Shown here piece by piece: positions 52,339-64,000 of a stretch of DNA of 64,000 bases. The translations under genes were made by a program, and so were the position numbers. The notes beneath the pieces are model-generated. The model was not told the DNA's origin and searched no databases. It worked only from the letters and a program-made list of their open reading frames with translations. How positions within the stretch are numbered: position 1 is the stretch's first letter; each line of letters starts with the position of its first letter. Source of the DNA: Macrostomum lignano (lineage: Eukaryota); contig NIVC01000197.1 in the NCBI GenBank assembly GCA_002269645.1, positions 310,001 to 374,000 on the forward strand, given 5' to 3'.

Positions 52339-52440
52339 CACAGACAGACAGACACACAGACAGACACACAGACAGACAGACAGACAGACACACAGACAGA
52401 CACACAGACAGACACACAGACAGACAGACAGACAGACAGA
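51874..52440. repeat. (CAGA)n/(CA)n compound microsatellite at the 5' flank of the RNase H LINE
   Basis: Directly visible; same repeat and orientation as 49905-50340. Confidence 0.97.
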
Positions 52441-53100
52441 ACAGTAAGAGACTAAAGGATTAGACTAAATCAGTACCAAAAATCAAAGACAAGCGAATTA
52501 TGCGTGAATATATGTTAAACTAAACAAAAACGATCACAGACAAGTGGCTCTACCAGTAGTATAATATGAATGCATATGCACACAAATTTATAAATATAGG
52601 ACAGGCAAATGTGTACGAATGAATGTGAGGAACTTGTGCACTTTCGAAATACACCAACACTGCATGAGCAAATGACGCAGCAAGATGCGCAATCGTTTAA
52701 TCAAATTTGCCTGTCGCAAAGCGCTATTCATGTAAAAAGCGCCGCAAGTAGTAAGAACAGCATTATAGCTAGTAAGGAATTCTCTACCCAGAAGCGCTGG
52801 AATGACCCATAATATTATAACATTGTTTTATAGGAAAAGCTGTGACACTTTTGCATATACTAAGAAAGCCTATCGAATAAGAATAGGATAAGCTACAATT
52901 GAGAAAGCCGACACCAAGTTTGAGTACACTGAGTGCATAATAAGCATGCATAAAAATACTTATAACCCTATGCTATAAGTCCATAAAGAACAATGTAAAA
53001 ACAAAATCATATAAGTTAACAAACCCTGGGGATTTGGGAGAAAATTATAATATAGTTTATATTAACAAACTCGCAGTTTATAAATAGGGTCAAGCTTTGA

Positions 53101-53385
53101 GGTGGGTCGCAATGTACATTTGGAAAAGCGGGAGAGTGAGGGGCTGAAAAGAGGAGTGGGGTGGCTGTCAGGGGTAAAAAGTTAAATTGCTAAAATGACA
53201 CAGGAAGAACTATGGAGTGGGGTGGGTTGCAATGTACATCTAGTTGAAAGGCAGGAGAGTGAGGGGCTGAAAAGAGGAGTGGGGTGGCTGTCAGGGGTAG
53301 AAAGTTAAATTGCTAAAATGACACAGGAAGAACTATGGAGTAAGGTGGGCTGCAATGTACATCTGCCGAGGCGTGGGGTGGCTGC
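53101..53385. repeat. Tandem duplication of a ~120-bp purine-rich unit (2 copies plus a partial third)
   Basis: GGTGGG..GCAATGTACAT...GAGAGTGAGGGGCTGAAAAGAGGAGTGGGGTGGCTGTCAGGGG...GAACTATGGAGT starts at 53101 and 53221, with a partial copy at 53344. Confidence 0.9.
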
Positions 53386-54274
53386 TAGTCTAACCAAAAA
53401 TTCCAGATGTTAAAAACACACAGCTAAAGGGCATCATGATTTGGCATTATTATCAATTTTGGCGATAGAATATTCTACGCAAACTCTAAGAGGCAGCATT
53501 AGTAGCGAAAAAAACTTGGTTCTTTCAAAACTCAATAAAAAAAGAAAAATGTAAGAGGCTTAAAATTTGGAATATTATGCATAATGTAACAAGACTAATT
53601 GACACATAAACACAGACGATAATTGGCAAATAATACAAGCTACTATTGAAATTCTGCCACCAATATCGGTGCAATAAAGTGCAAGCAAAAACTGTTTTCA
53701 AGTCTATTAGTTTGTGCACAAGAAGCGAAAATAAAGTAATGCGATCTGTCTCAAGCAAAAAATCGGAACACAGGAATGTGTATTATGCCTCTACAGCTCA
53801 TATGCAAAAGCAGGAACAAACAAAAGTTTAGATGAAACTATTCGACCAAAAGCTGCAGCTTAAACCCGAAAACAGAGACTAAAACAAAAAAACTAATTTT
53901 CCCAAGACTGCGTCTGATCGACTAGTGAATTTGCAGCGAGAAAAGATTGACTTGTGCGTGCCACTTTTGCTACTTAAAGTAGACTACGCGACTTTCTCGT
54001 CTATCATGGCAACGGAGATTCGCGCGATTGGCCCGCGTAGTTCAGGGAGAGCTGAGGGCCGCTTTTGAGGACTGGAAATAAAAATTAAAAGCATAGTCTA
54101 TAGCCGTTGGATACTGACAGGTAAAATGGCTGAAATGACTAAAAACACCGAGTACCATTATTCAGTTTTAGATTCGAGTATCAAGTAGAGTATTCAGTAC
54201 ATGTCAATTAGAAATTCAATATATTCTGTAACTGCTCGATGCATTGTCAGGTATTTATAGGTGCCTATTATACG

Positions 54275-55630
54275 TTCAGCAGATGCTCAATAGATCTTCC
54301 TTAGATGTTCAATAGATGCCGAGTAGATGGTAAGTACGAGCTAGATGCCCAATAGATCTTCATTAGATGTTCAATAGATGCCCAGTAGATGGTAAGTACG
54401 AGCTAGATGCCCAATAAATGTTCAGTAGATGCTTCAATAGATGCTCAATAGATGCCTTAATAGATGTTCAGTAGATGCCCCAATAGATGTTTAATAGATA
54501 CCCAATAGATATTCAATAGATGCCCCAATAGATGTTCAGTAGATGCCCCAATAACTGTTTAATAGATACCCAATAGATGCCCCAATAGATGTTCAGTAGA
54601 TGCCCCAATAACTGTTTAATAGATACCCAATAGATGTTCAGTAAATGCCCCAATAGATGTTTAATAGATACCCAATAGATATTCAATAGATGCCCCAATA
54701 GATGTTCAGTAGATGCCACAATAACTGTTTAATAGATACCCAATAGATGTTCAGTAAATGCCCCAATAGATGTTTAATAGATACCCAATAGATATTCAAG
54801 AGATGCCCGAATAGATGTTCAGTAGATGCCCCAATAACTGTTTAATAGATACCCAATAGATATTCAGTAAATGCCCCAATAGATGTTTAATAGATACCCA
54901 ATAGATATTCAATAGATGCCCCAATAGATGTTCAGTAGATGCCCCAATAACTGTTTAATAGATACCCAATAGATGCCCCAATAGATGTTCAGTAGATGCC
55001 CCAATAACTGTTTAATAGATACCCAATAGATGTTCAGTAAATGCCCCAATAGATGTTTAATAGATACCCAATAGATATTCAATAGATGCCCCAATAGATG
55101 TTCAGTAGATGCCCCAATAACTGTTTAATAGATACCCAATAGATGCCCCAATAGATGTTCAGTAGATGCCCCAATAACTGTTTAATAGATACCCAATAGA
55201 TATTCAATAGATGCCCCAATAGATGTTCAGTAGGTGCCCCAATAACTGTTTAATAGATACCCAATAGATATTCAGTAAATGCCCCAATAGATGTTTAATA
55301 GATACCCAATAGATATTCAATAGATGCCCTAATAGATGTTCAGTAGATGCCCCAATAGATGTTTAATAGATACCCAATAGATATTCAATAGATGCCCCAA
55401 TAGATGTTCAGTAGATGCCCCAATAGATGTTCAGTAGATACCCCAATAACTGTTTAATAGATACCCAATAGATATTCAATAGATGCCCCAATATATGTTT
55501 AATAGATACCCTATAGATGTTCAGTAGATGCCCAATAGATGTTCAGTAGATGCCCCAATAGATGTTTAATAGATACCCAATAGATATTCAATAGATACCC
55601 AATAGATGTTCAGTAGATGCCCAATAGAGT
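54275..55630. repeat. Complex higher-order minisatellite built on CAATAGAT(G/A) subunits
   Basis: Recurrent cccaatagatgttcagtagatg / aactgtttaatagatacc modules. Confidence 0.93.
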
Positions 55631-55659
55631 CCCAATTCAGACCGTCTCTCCCGGCTCAC

Positions 55660-57061
55660 CCGCTCGCTCTGCAGCTGCAGCAGGACTCCGTCGGGGCGAT
55701 TGCGCAGCCGGCAGCCGACCACGCCGCCGCCTGATGCCAGGCTGTCGGCGGCTGTAAAGAATAGTCACAAAAAGTGGCCATAGCGCTCAGTTAGATCTTT
55801 TAAATTGGGATATTTCCCATCCTTTATTCTCCCAACCTAAAATTAGGATAATTCACATTCTCATCATCCCCCAGTCTCACCTGCCCGCCGCACCACCCTG
55901 TCCCGGATGCAGCGGCAGACCCGGCGGCCCCGGCGGCACCGAAGGACCAGCGGCGCGGCCGCTTCCTCATCGGTGAGCAGCGTCAGCCGCCGCTCCGCCG
56001 GATCGAAGGTGACGCTGGCCAGCGAGTCGAACCAGACTCGACGGAGGGCGGCGCCACTCCGGCAGCGCAGTGCCAGGCAGCTGTCAGCCACCTCCACGTA
56101 GCGGGCCTCGCACAACCGGCTCAAGAAGCTGCTGCCGTCGTCGCAGTCGCCGGCGGCCTCCGCAGTCGGCGACGAAATCAGGCGAGCGTCGAAGGCTGGC
56201 CGACGGGGCAGGCGGCTTAGCGGGGCGCGCAGGCGAACGGAGTTGCTGCCAGCCGCGGTTGCGGGCAGCTCGTCAAGCAGGCGGCCGAGTTTCCGGCTGT
56301 GGTGCAGCCCGACGTGACTGCGGGCCAGCAGGCGGCGAATTCGGCGGGGCAGCTCGGCGCGATCGACGGCCATGGCCAGCATGAAGGCGGCGGTGTTGTG
56401 CAGCGCCCGGCCCAGCAGCCGGTCCTCGTACAGCTCCTGCCTGCGGCGGCGCCTGCGGATTCAGAGGTTACAGCGAGAGACTCACGGCTAGCGAAGTTTA
56501 GAGAAAATTTAACAGTCACTCGTGCAGTATTTCCGTTTGCAGGGTGTTTTGGTGCCTTGGGGGTTGGCCCTCATGGGTGTGAATCGTTCATTCATTTGGG
56601 GGGGATTGTCGTGCGATGTACACCACCTATGAAGGCCTGATGCGAGTGCGTGCCTGTGTACAGTATTGGCGCTTGCACGTGCTCACGAGTCAGCTGAATC
56701 GGCAGAACTGCCGTCAGCGCTGCTTGCGGGGCAAAGCCGCCCAAGGCGTTGCGCCAGGGTTGCCCAGCGGCCCTCCTGAATATCATTATTACTAAGAAGC
56801 CTGACCTGTCCTTCGATCCGCAGTCGAGACCGAGCACCTCCCGCTCGTTGGCCACCCAGTCGAGGAACAGGTCCTCCCAGAAGTCGGCGCTGTCCCACAG
56901 CGCTGAGCGGTCCTTATTGATCAGCCGCTCGTACAAGAAGCCGCCGCCGCCGCCGCCGCGGCTGCCTCTGAGAGCCGACGCGCCCGACAAAGACGATGAA
57001 GCGTTAGAAGCTGAGGGACCGACACCGCCTCGTCCACCTCTGCCGACGCTGCGACTTGCGT

Positions 57062-57103
<42 letters not shown>

Positions 57104-60100
57104 TTGCCATCTTGTGCGAGAGCATCTCCCTCATCTGGTCTGGGCTTCTGTGCTGCTGTTTCTTCTGCACCTCGATGTTCTCGTACTCTTCTCCGTTGAG
57201 CACCACAGATGAGCCGGAGACTGACGGGATTTGGGGTTCAATAAAAGTTGAGACCGTTTAAACAATGGGCTATTGTTGCAGCGATAGTGCAGTGAGAGAT
57301 TGTAGATACCATTGCGTCTTATTGACAGATTATACTTATTCACTTCAGAAATTATAGCCACGATTGTAAACTCGACAGTTGGGTACTGTGTAACTGCCAA
57401 ACTAAGGAACAAGTTAAAGTAAGGAATCACAATGTCTGTTTCTGGCAGTGGGAGCACCAGGTGAGGCATTGGGATCGCCAGGTGAGGCATTGGGAGCGCC
57501 AGGTGAGAAAGTGGGAGCGCCAGGTGAGAAAGTGGGAGCGCCAGGTGAGAAAGTGGAAGCGCCAGGTGAGACTGTGGTGCCGGAGAGCTGAGCTCTAGGC
57601 ACTGACTAACTAACTAACTTATGCTATGTACGTGCATCGTTCGTGCACACCATTCTTTCCTCTCCCTTCGCTCTGACTGGCCATAGCCCTAAGCTTCCAT
57701 GTACTTGTACGTAGTTTATTGTCATCACGTGACTCTATTTTGGGTGTTCTCTCAGCCCCTGCTCGTGTCATTATTAAATAGGCTACTTGCTAGTTAAAAT
57801 AAACCTCAAGTATCTTTACGCCAACTACACGGCACGACAGAGACAGTGGGAGCACCAGGTGAGACAGTGGGAGCACCAGGTGAGACAGTGGGAGCACCAG
57901 GTGAGGCTGTGGGAGCACCAGGTGAGGCAGTGGGAGCACCAGGTGAGGCTGTGGGAGCACCAGGTGAGACAGTGGGAGCACCAGGTGAGACAGTGGGAGC
58001 ACCAGGTGAGGCTGTGGGAGCACCAGGTGAGGCAGTGGGAGCACCAGGTGAGGCTGTGGGAGCACCAGGTGAGGCAGTGGAGGACCAGGTGAGGCAGTGG
58101 AATCGCCAGGTGAGGCATTGGGATCGCCAGGTGAGAAAGTGGGATCGCCAGGTGAGGCAGGGGGATCGCCAGGTGAGGCAGGGGGATCGGCAGGTGAGAA
58201 AGTGGGATTGCCAGGTGAGGCAGTGGGATCGCCAGGTGAGGCTGTGGGAGCACCAGGTGAGGCAGTGGGAGGACCAGGTGAGACAGTGGGAGCACCAGGT
58301 GAGGCAGTGGGAGGACCAGGTGAGGCAGTGGAATCGCCAGGTGAGGCATTGGGATCGCCAGGTGAGAAAGTGGGATCGCCAGGTGAGGCAGGGGGATCGC
58401 CAGGTGAGGCAGGGGGATCGGCAGGTGAGAAAGTGGGATTGCCAGGTGAGGCAGTGGGATCGCCAGGTGAGGCAGTGGGATCGCCAGGTGAGGCAGTGGG
58501 ATTGCCAGGTGAGGCAGTGGGATTGCCAGGTGAGGCAGTGGGATTGCCAGGTGAGGCAGTGGGATTGCCAGGTGAGGCAGTGGGATCACCTGTTGAGGCA
58601 GCGGGATTGCCAGGTGGGACAGTTTAGGAGCGCCACTAAGCAGAGAATTGCAATAAACAGCAAGGAAAATCCGTCAGTTTCCAAGAAAACTTTCCAGCCT
58701 TGTAAAAATCAGTAGCTACAAAATTTTCAGACCAAAAATGTTATTAAGAAACTTTTTGTGAAAGATTTCGATTAAATATAAAAGAGAAATTAGTACTGCA
58801 GTTGCCTCCAGCACAGTTTAGCAGCTAAGTAATAAAGTAAACTATACTTAATAGTAATAAAATTAAAGTGCAAATGTTGCGCCGTAACAAGACAGTAACG
58901 TTAAAAAACTAAGAGTGCTACTCTAAGTAGAGTAAAGTGGAAGGAAAGTTGAATTAAAATAGCTCGAAACCCACTGGACTCGGCAATGGCCACTGAAAAT
59001 TGGTCAGGTTTTGTAGGAAATCCGGACTTGTATTCAAATCAATAGGTTAGAGGTATTTAAGGGAGATTAGGACAATAATAAAATGACACAAATATTCACA
59101 AATTTAATACTAAGACAATAACACTATCAGCTACTTATAGTAGATAGTCAATTTGCGCAGCAAAGAATCGCACTGGAATTTTTGTGTTTTTTTGCCAGTA
59201 GTGGGCAATGGAACTAATTAGGCCATTAGCAAAAACAATCATCACAAAATTAGTAACAACAAACAAATATTAATATGAGACTGTCAAAGGGTGATTTGGT
59301 GCGGTCTAAGAATTTTGTGTCGAGTAGTTTAAATACTCGCTAATTATCATGATTACCTTTGAGTGCATGTATCTTTGGTTATTAAATCATAGCGCCTTCA
59401 AGCCACTCCTAACAGCCGTTTTTATTGCATAATTTCATATTGAAAATACAAACCTTGGCTGGCCCTGCGAGAGCCGCCAGGGCGAACGGGCTGCTCACCA
59501 TCGCGGCGAATTTCTTTCAACCAACCAGCTGTAAAGTTTTTTTTTAATTGCAGATGAAACGTAAAATCATATAAAATAAACGATTTGCTCCTGAAAAGGA
59601 CTCATTATGATGCGAGAAAAATTAAATTTCTGCTTTGTTTAACTAAGCGTCTAGTGAAAGACCTTGAATATTTAGATGCTTGATTGTCACGTGATACTCA
59701 AATAAAGCACACTAGATAAAGGACTGATATAACGACCTTGAATATTTGGACACGCGATTGTCGCGTGATACTCAAATAATGCACACTAGATAACGGACTG
59801 ATATGATGCCCTTGAATATTTGGACACGCGATTGTCGCGTGATACTCAAATAATGCACACTAGATAACGGACTGATATGACGACCTTGAATATTTGGACA
59901 CGCGATTGTCGCGTGATACTCAAATAATGCACACTAGATAACGGACTGATATGACGACCTTGAATATTTGGACACGCGATTGTCGCGTGATACTCAAATA
60001 ATGCACACTAGATAACGGACTGATATGATGCCCTTGAATATTTGGACACGCGATTGTCGCGTGATACTCAAATAATGCACACTAGATAACGGACTGATAT

Positions 60101-62898
60101 GACGACCTTGAATATTTGGACACGCGATTGTCGCGTGATACTCAAATAATGCACACTAGATAACGGACTGATATGACGACCTTGAATATTTGGACACGCG
60201 ATTTTCACGTGATACTCAAATAATACACACTAGATAACGGACTGATATGATGCCCTTGAATATTTGGACACGCGATTGTCACGTGATACTCAAATAATGC
60301 ACACTAGATAACGGACTGATATGATGCCCTTGAATATTTGGACACGCGATTGTCGCGTGATACTCAAATAATACACACTAGATAACGGACTGATATGATG
60401 CCCTTGAATATTTGGACACGCGATTGTCGCGTGATACTCAAATAATGCACACTAGATAACGGACTGATATGATGACCTTGAATATTTGGACACGCGATTG
60501 TCGCGTGATACTCAAATAATGCACACTAGATAACGGACTGATATGACGACCTTGAATATTTGGACACGCGATTGTCACGTGATACTCAAATAATGCACAC
60601 TAGATAACGGACTGATATGACGACCTTGAATATTTGGACACGCGATTGTCACGTGATACTCAAATAATACACACTAGATAACGGACTGATATGATGCCCT
60701 TGAATATTTGGACACGCGATTGTCGCGTGATACTCAAATAATGCACACTAGATAACGGACTGATATGATGCCCTTGAATATTTGGACACGCGATTGTCGC
60801 GTGATACTCAAATAATGCACACTAGATAACGGACTGATATGATGCCCTTGAATATTTGGACACGCGATTGTCGCGTGATACTCAAATAATGCACACTAGA
60901 TAACGGACTGATATGATGACCTTGAATATTTGGACACGCGATTGTCGCGTGATACTCAAATAATGCACACTAGATAACGGACTGATATGATGACCTTGAA
61001 TATTTGGACACGCGATTGTCGCGTGATACTCAAATAATGCACACTAGATAACGGACTGATATTATGCCCTTGAATATTTGGACACGCGATTGTCGCGTGA
61101 TACTCAAAAAGCACACTAGATAACGGACTGATATTATGCCCTTGAATATTTGGACACGCGATTGTCGCGTGATACTCAAAAAGCACACTAGATAAAGGAC
61201 TCTTTGGTGACCTGAAATACTTGGACGCGCGAGTATCGTTTGAGCTGCAAACAAAGGACACCATATAGATATGGGACTAGGCGTGGTAGCCAATAAACTA
61301 GCAGTTTACTACACCCACATGTGAGGCGTGAGATGCAAATAAATAAATTTCCTATCTGATAAGTTTAACAAGCGTAGAGTTGGGCAAAGCGTTAAAATTT
61401 TTAAACAGTATTATTAGGCACAGGAAGCATTCATATAGGTCACAAAAATTATACAGATTCTGCGTTAGAGCTATCAGATAAAAGTGACTCAAGGGGTGCA
61501 CAGATGATTAAAAAACAATTAATGTACTAAATACCGTAATTAGTATTTAGTACATCTTTTGACCTCATTTTGAGAAGTTACTCTTAACCGCGGTTGTGTT
61601 GGAAGTTAGAAAAAAACCGATGAAAATATAGGGAGGAAGCAAATAAACTGAGGGATGCGATGCGGATATGGATATAGGTAAGAAAAGCCAAGTGTTCAAC
61701 TCTTGCACTTCAAAGAAGCGACCTGTGAAATTTACTTTCGACTGAAAAATGAGAAGTCATCCAATTGGTTTAATTTAATTCAGGTTTGATTTAATTCAGG
61801 AGCATTTTTAATGCAGTATTTGCCGTCAAAGATCAAGATATATAGAGTCTGGAGTGGAAACCAATGCATAACTCAATGAAGTTCTAAAATTAAGAGTCTG
61901 GAGTGGAAGCTTAGTAATTTTATAGCATGCAATTCTGTCTAGGGAGATACAGAGTCATGGAGAAATGTGACAGAAATAGATTTAAACTTGAAAGACGATT
62001 AACTGCTACTAGTGGTAGTAGTGCGGGGGCATTCTTCACAAAATATCAACAACTAGATTGCTTTGTAAAATATCAATGAGCTACAATAGCAGAAAACAAA
62101 GCTGAAAATAAATTATAGTAATTGACAAGACCAATACTAACAAACAAGCGCTTACTGAATGTAGACATGAAGCTCGAAGAGTCCCAGTCTCTCGCCTGCT
62201 TTTCGTCAGAGCTGGAATCCGACCTCTGGAACAGTGAAAGGCGATGAAGATGGTGAAGCTGTGATTCCCCTGCCCAGTTTACTGAAGCTGTGATTCCCCT
62301 GCCCAGTTTACTGAAGCTGTGATTCCCCTGCCCAGTTTACTGAAGCTGTGATTCCCCTGCCCAGTTTACTGAAGCTGTAATTCCCACCCCAGTTTACTGA
62401 AGCTGTAATTCCCCCTCCCCAGTACCGAGTCCAACAGCAAACTTGCCTTCCTAATGTCGCAGTAGTGCGTATAGGCGATCTCCAACAGCAGCATGGCGGA
62501 GGCCACCCCGCCGCCGCTTCCGTCACCCCCTTCGCCGCCTCCGCCGGCGCAGTGCTGGGCGGTCAGGCCGGCAACGGCGGCTCGCAGCACGTCGAGCAGG
62601 CCGCGAAACACGGCTGGCCGGAGCGGCACGTCGGCGAGGCGACCGACGCCAACTTCGTCCGCGCCGACGGCAGGCGAGGTCGGGGCGGGCGGCCGCTGGC
62701 GCAGCAGCTGCAATAAGAAGGCGCGGCAGCGCTCCTGGGCCATCAGACTGTTCAACCGCATCGACCGGGTGATGAACCCGACGCCTTGGCCGGCGAGCAC
62801 GCTGGAGGCGATTTCCCGAAGGAATCGCTGCTCCTCGTCCAGGCCGGCGCCCGTCACTGTGGGAGGCTGGCGACCCTGATGCCTGACCGTCTGCTGGG
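55660..62898 (-). CDS. MADD: MADD / Rab3 GDP-GTP exchange factor (AEX-3), 3' part; exons 62898-62447 (or 62426), 62225-62156, 57220-56806, 56452-55881, 55751-55660; 5' exons beyond the window, terminal exon unresolved
   Basis: EEQRFLREIASSVLAGQGVG...VFRGLLDVL...GGVASAMLLLEIAYTHY; FLYERLINKDRSALWD...FWEDLFLDWVANERE; YEDRLLGRALHN...RRLLARSHVGL...EVADSCLALR; DGVLLQL. These match the recalled MADD C-terminal blocks in order, and splice phases are consistent (0,1,2,1). Confidence 0.88.
57440..58620. repeat. 21-bp minisatellite (CCAGGTGAGRCAGTGGGAKCR) in two blocks (57440-57590, 57835-58620) in a MADD intron
   Basis: About 6 + 37 copies; an internal higher-order duplication starts at ~58080 and ~58311. 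Confidence 0.95.
59705..61200. repeat. 74-bp minisatellite with internal palindrome CACGCGA-TTG-TCGCGTG in a MADD intron
   Basis: About 20 near-identical copies; period 74 measured between 59761 and 59835. Confidence 0.96.
62255..62420. repeat. 29-bp minisatellite (GTGATTCCCCTGCCCAGTTTACTGAAGCT) in a short MADD intron
   Basis: About 5-6 visible copies. Confidence 0.92.
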
Positions 62899-62984
62899 CT
62901 GCAGGGCAACAAGGGGCAACGTGACCTCGACTCGCCAATGATGGCATCGGACAGATGCAATGACACAAATGAAAATGCATGTCA

Positions 62985-64000
62985 GATCCAATTGTGTCAG
63001 AGCCAATGAAAATTGTGTCAGACCCAATGAAAATTGTGTCAAACTCAATGAAACTGTGTAAGATCCAATGAAATTGTGTCAGACCCACAATGAAACTGTG
63101 TCAGACCCACAATGAAACTGTGTCAGACCCACAATGAAGCTGTGTCAGACCCACAATGAAAGTGTCAGACCCAATGAAACTGTCAGACATTATGAAATTT
63201 GTGTAAGACCCACAATGAAACTGTGTCAGACCCACAATGAAACTGTGTCAGACCCACAATGAAACTGTGTCAGACCCACAATGAATCTGTCAGACCCACA
63301 ATGAAACTGTGTCAGACCCACAATGAAACTGTGTCAGATCAACAATGAAACTGTATCAGACCCAATGAAACTGTTTCAGGCCCAATGAAACTGTGTCAGA
63401 CCCAATGAAACTGTGTCAGACCCACAATGAAACTGTCAGACCCAATGAAAACTGTGTCAGACCCAATGAAAACTGTGTCAGACCCAATGAAAACTGTGTC
63501 AGATTCAATGAAACTGTCAGACCCAATGAAAACTGTGTCAGACCCACAATGAAAACTGTGTCAGACCCAATGAAAACTGTGTCAGACCCAATGAAAACTG
63601 TGTCAGACCCAATGAAACTGTGTCAGACTCAATGAAACTGCGTCAGACTCAATGAAAATTGTGTCAAACTCAATGAAACTGTGTCAGACCCAATGAAAAC
63701 TGTGTCAGACCCAATGAAACTGTGTCAGACCCAATGAAACTGTGTCAGACCCAATGAAACTGTGTCAGACCCACAATGAAACTGTGTCAGACCCACAATG
63801 AAACTGTGTCAGACCCACAATGAAACTGTGTCAGACCCACAATGAAACTGTGTCAGACCCACAATGAAACTGTATCAGACCCAATGAAACTGTGTCAGGC
63901 CCAATGAAACTGTGTCAGACCCAATGAAACTGTGTCAGACCCACAATGAAACTGTGTCAGACCCACAATGAAGCTGTGTCAGACCCACAATGAAAGTGTG
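62985..64000. repeat. 20-23 bp minisatellite (GACCC[AC]AATGAAACTGTGTCA) in a MADD intron, running off the window end
   Basis: More than 40 visible copies. Confidence 0.96.

Noticed and set aside
51874-52417. N-terminal CLSV repeats of the 631-aa ORF, and the QTDR ORFs
   Set aside because: Microsatellite translation; only 51870-50446 is real LINE coding sequence.
57787-58715. WEHQVRQ / GAPGEAV (collagen-like) ORFs
   Set aside because: Translations of the 21-bp minisatellite. The Gly period is 7 rather than Gly-X-Y, and there is no signal peptide or splice support.
59705-61200. CRISPR-like array (regular period, palindromic core)
   Set aside because: The whole 74-bp unit repeats with no unique spacers, there are no cas genes, and the context is a eukaryotic intron.

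Overview
Eukaryotic (metazoan) genomic DNA with GC-rich, Ala/Gly/Pro-rich exons, AT-rich spacers and a different minisatellite in most introns. The style suggests a free-living flatworm such as Macrostomum; this is inference and was not verified. Seven protein-coding genes could be reconstructed by hand from GT-AG junctions with matching phases and family motifs: the 3' part of a MAP1/Futsch gene (+), a Mondo/MLXIP (ChREBP) bHLH-ZIP gene (-), an intronless p62/SQSTM1 gene (+), an SLK/STK10-type STE20 kinase (+), a COUP-TF/seven-up nuclear receptor (-), a Ly6/uPAR GPI-anchored protein (-) and the 3' part of MADD/Rab3-GEF (-). Mobile DNA comprises a full-length frameshifted mariner (26-bp TIRs, TA TSD), a hAT-type MITE (16-bp TIRs, 8-bp TSD), two RTE-like LINE remnants, and an RNase H-encoding LOA/I-group LINE fragment with an open ORF embedded in a (CAGA)n microsatellite, plus two older relatives of it. 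Most long ORFs in the supplied track are artefacts of tandem repeats or antisense shadows of GC-rich exons. No rRNA, tRNA or CRISPR array was seen. The main leads are: intron-filling minisatellites that carry splice-site or transcription-factor motifs, a poly-Gly-expanded COUP-TF D-box, an altered Mondo basic region, a p62 without an evident LIR, a microsatellite-embedded LINE, and a dispersed hairpin with a hammerhead-like core. All family assignments come from recalled motifs, not database searches.
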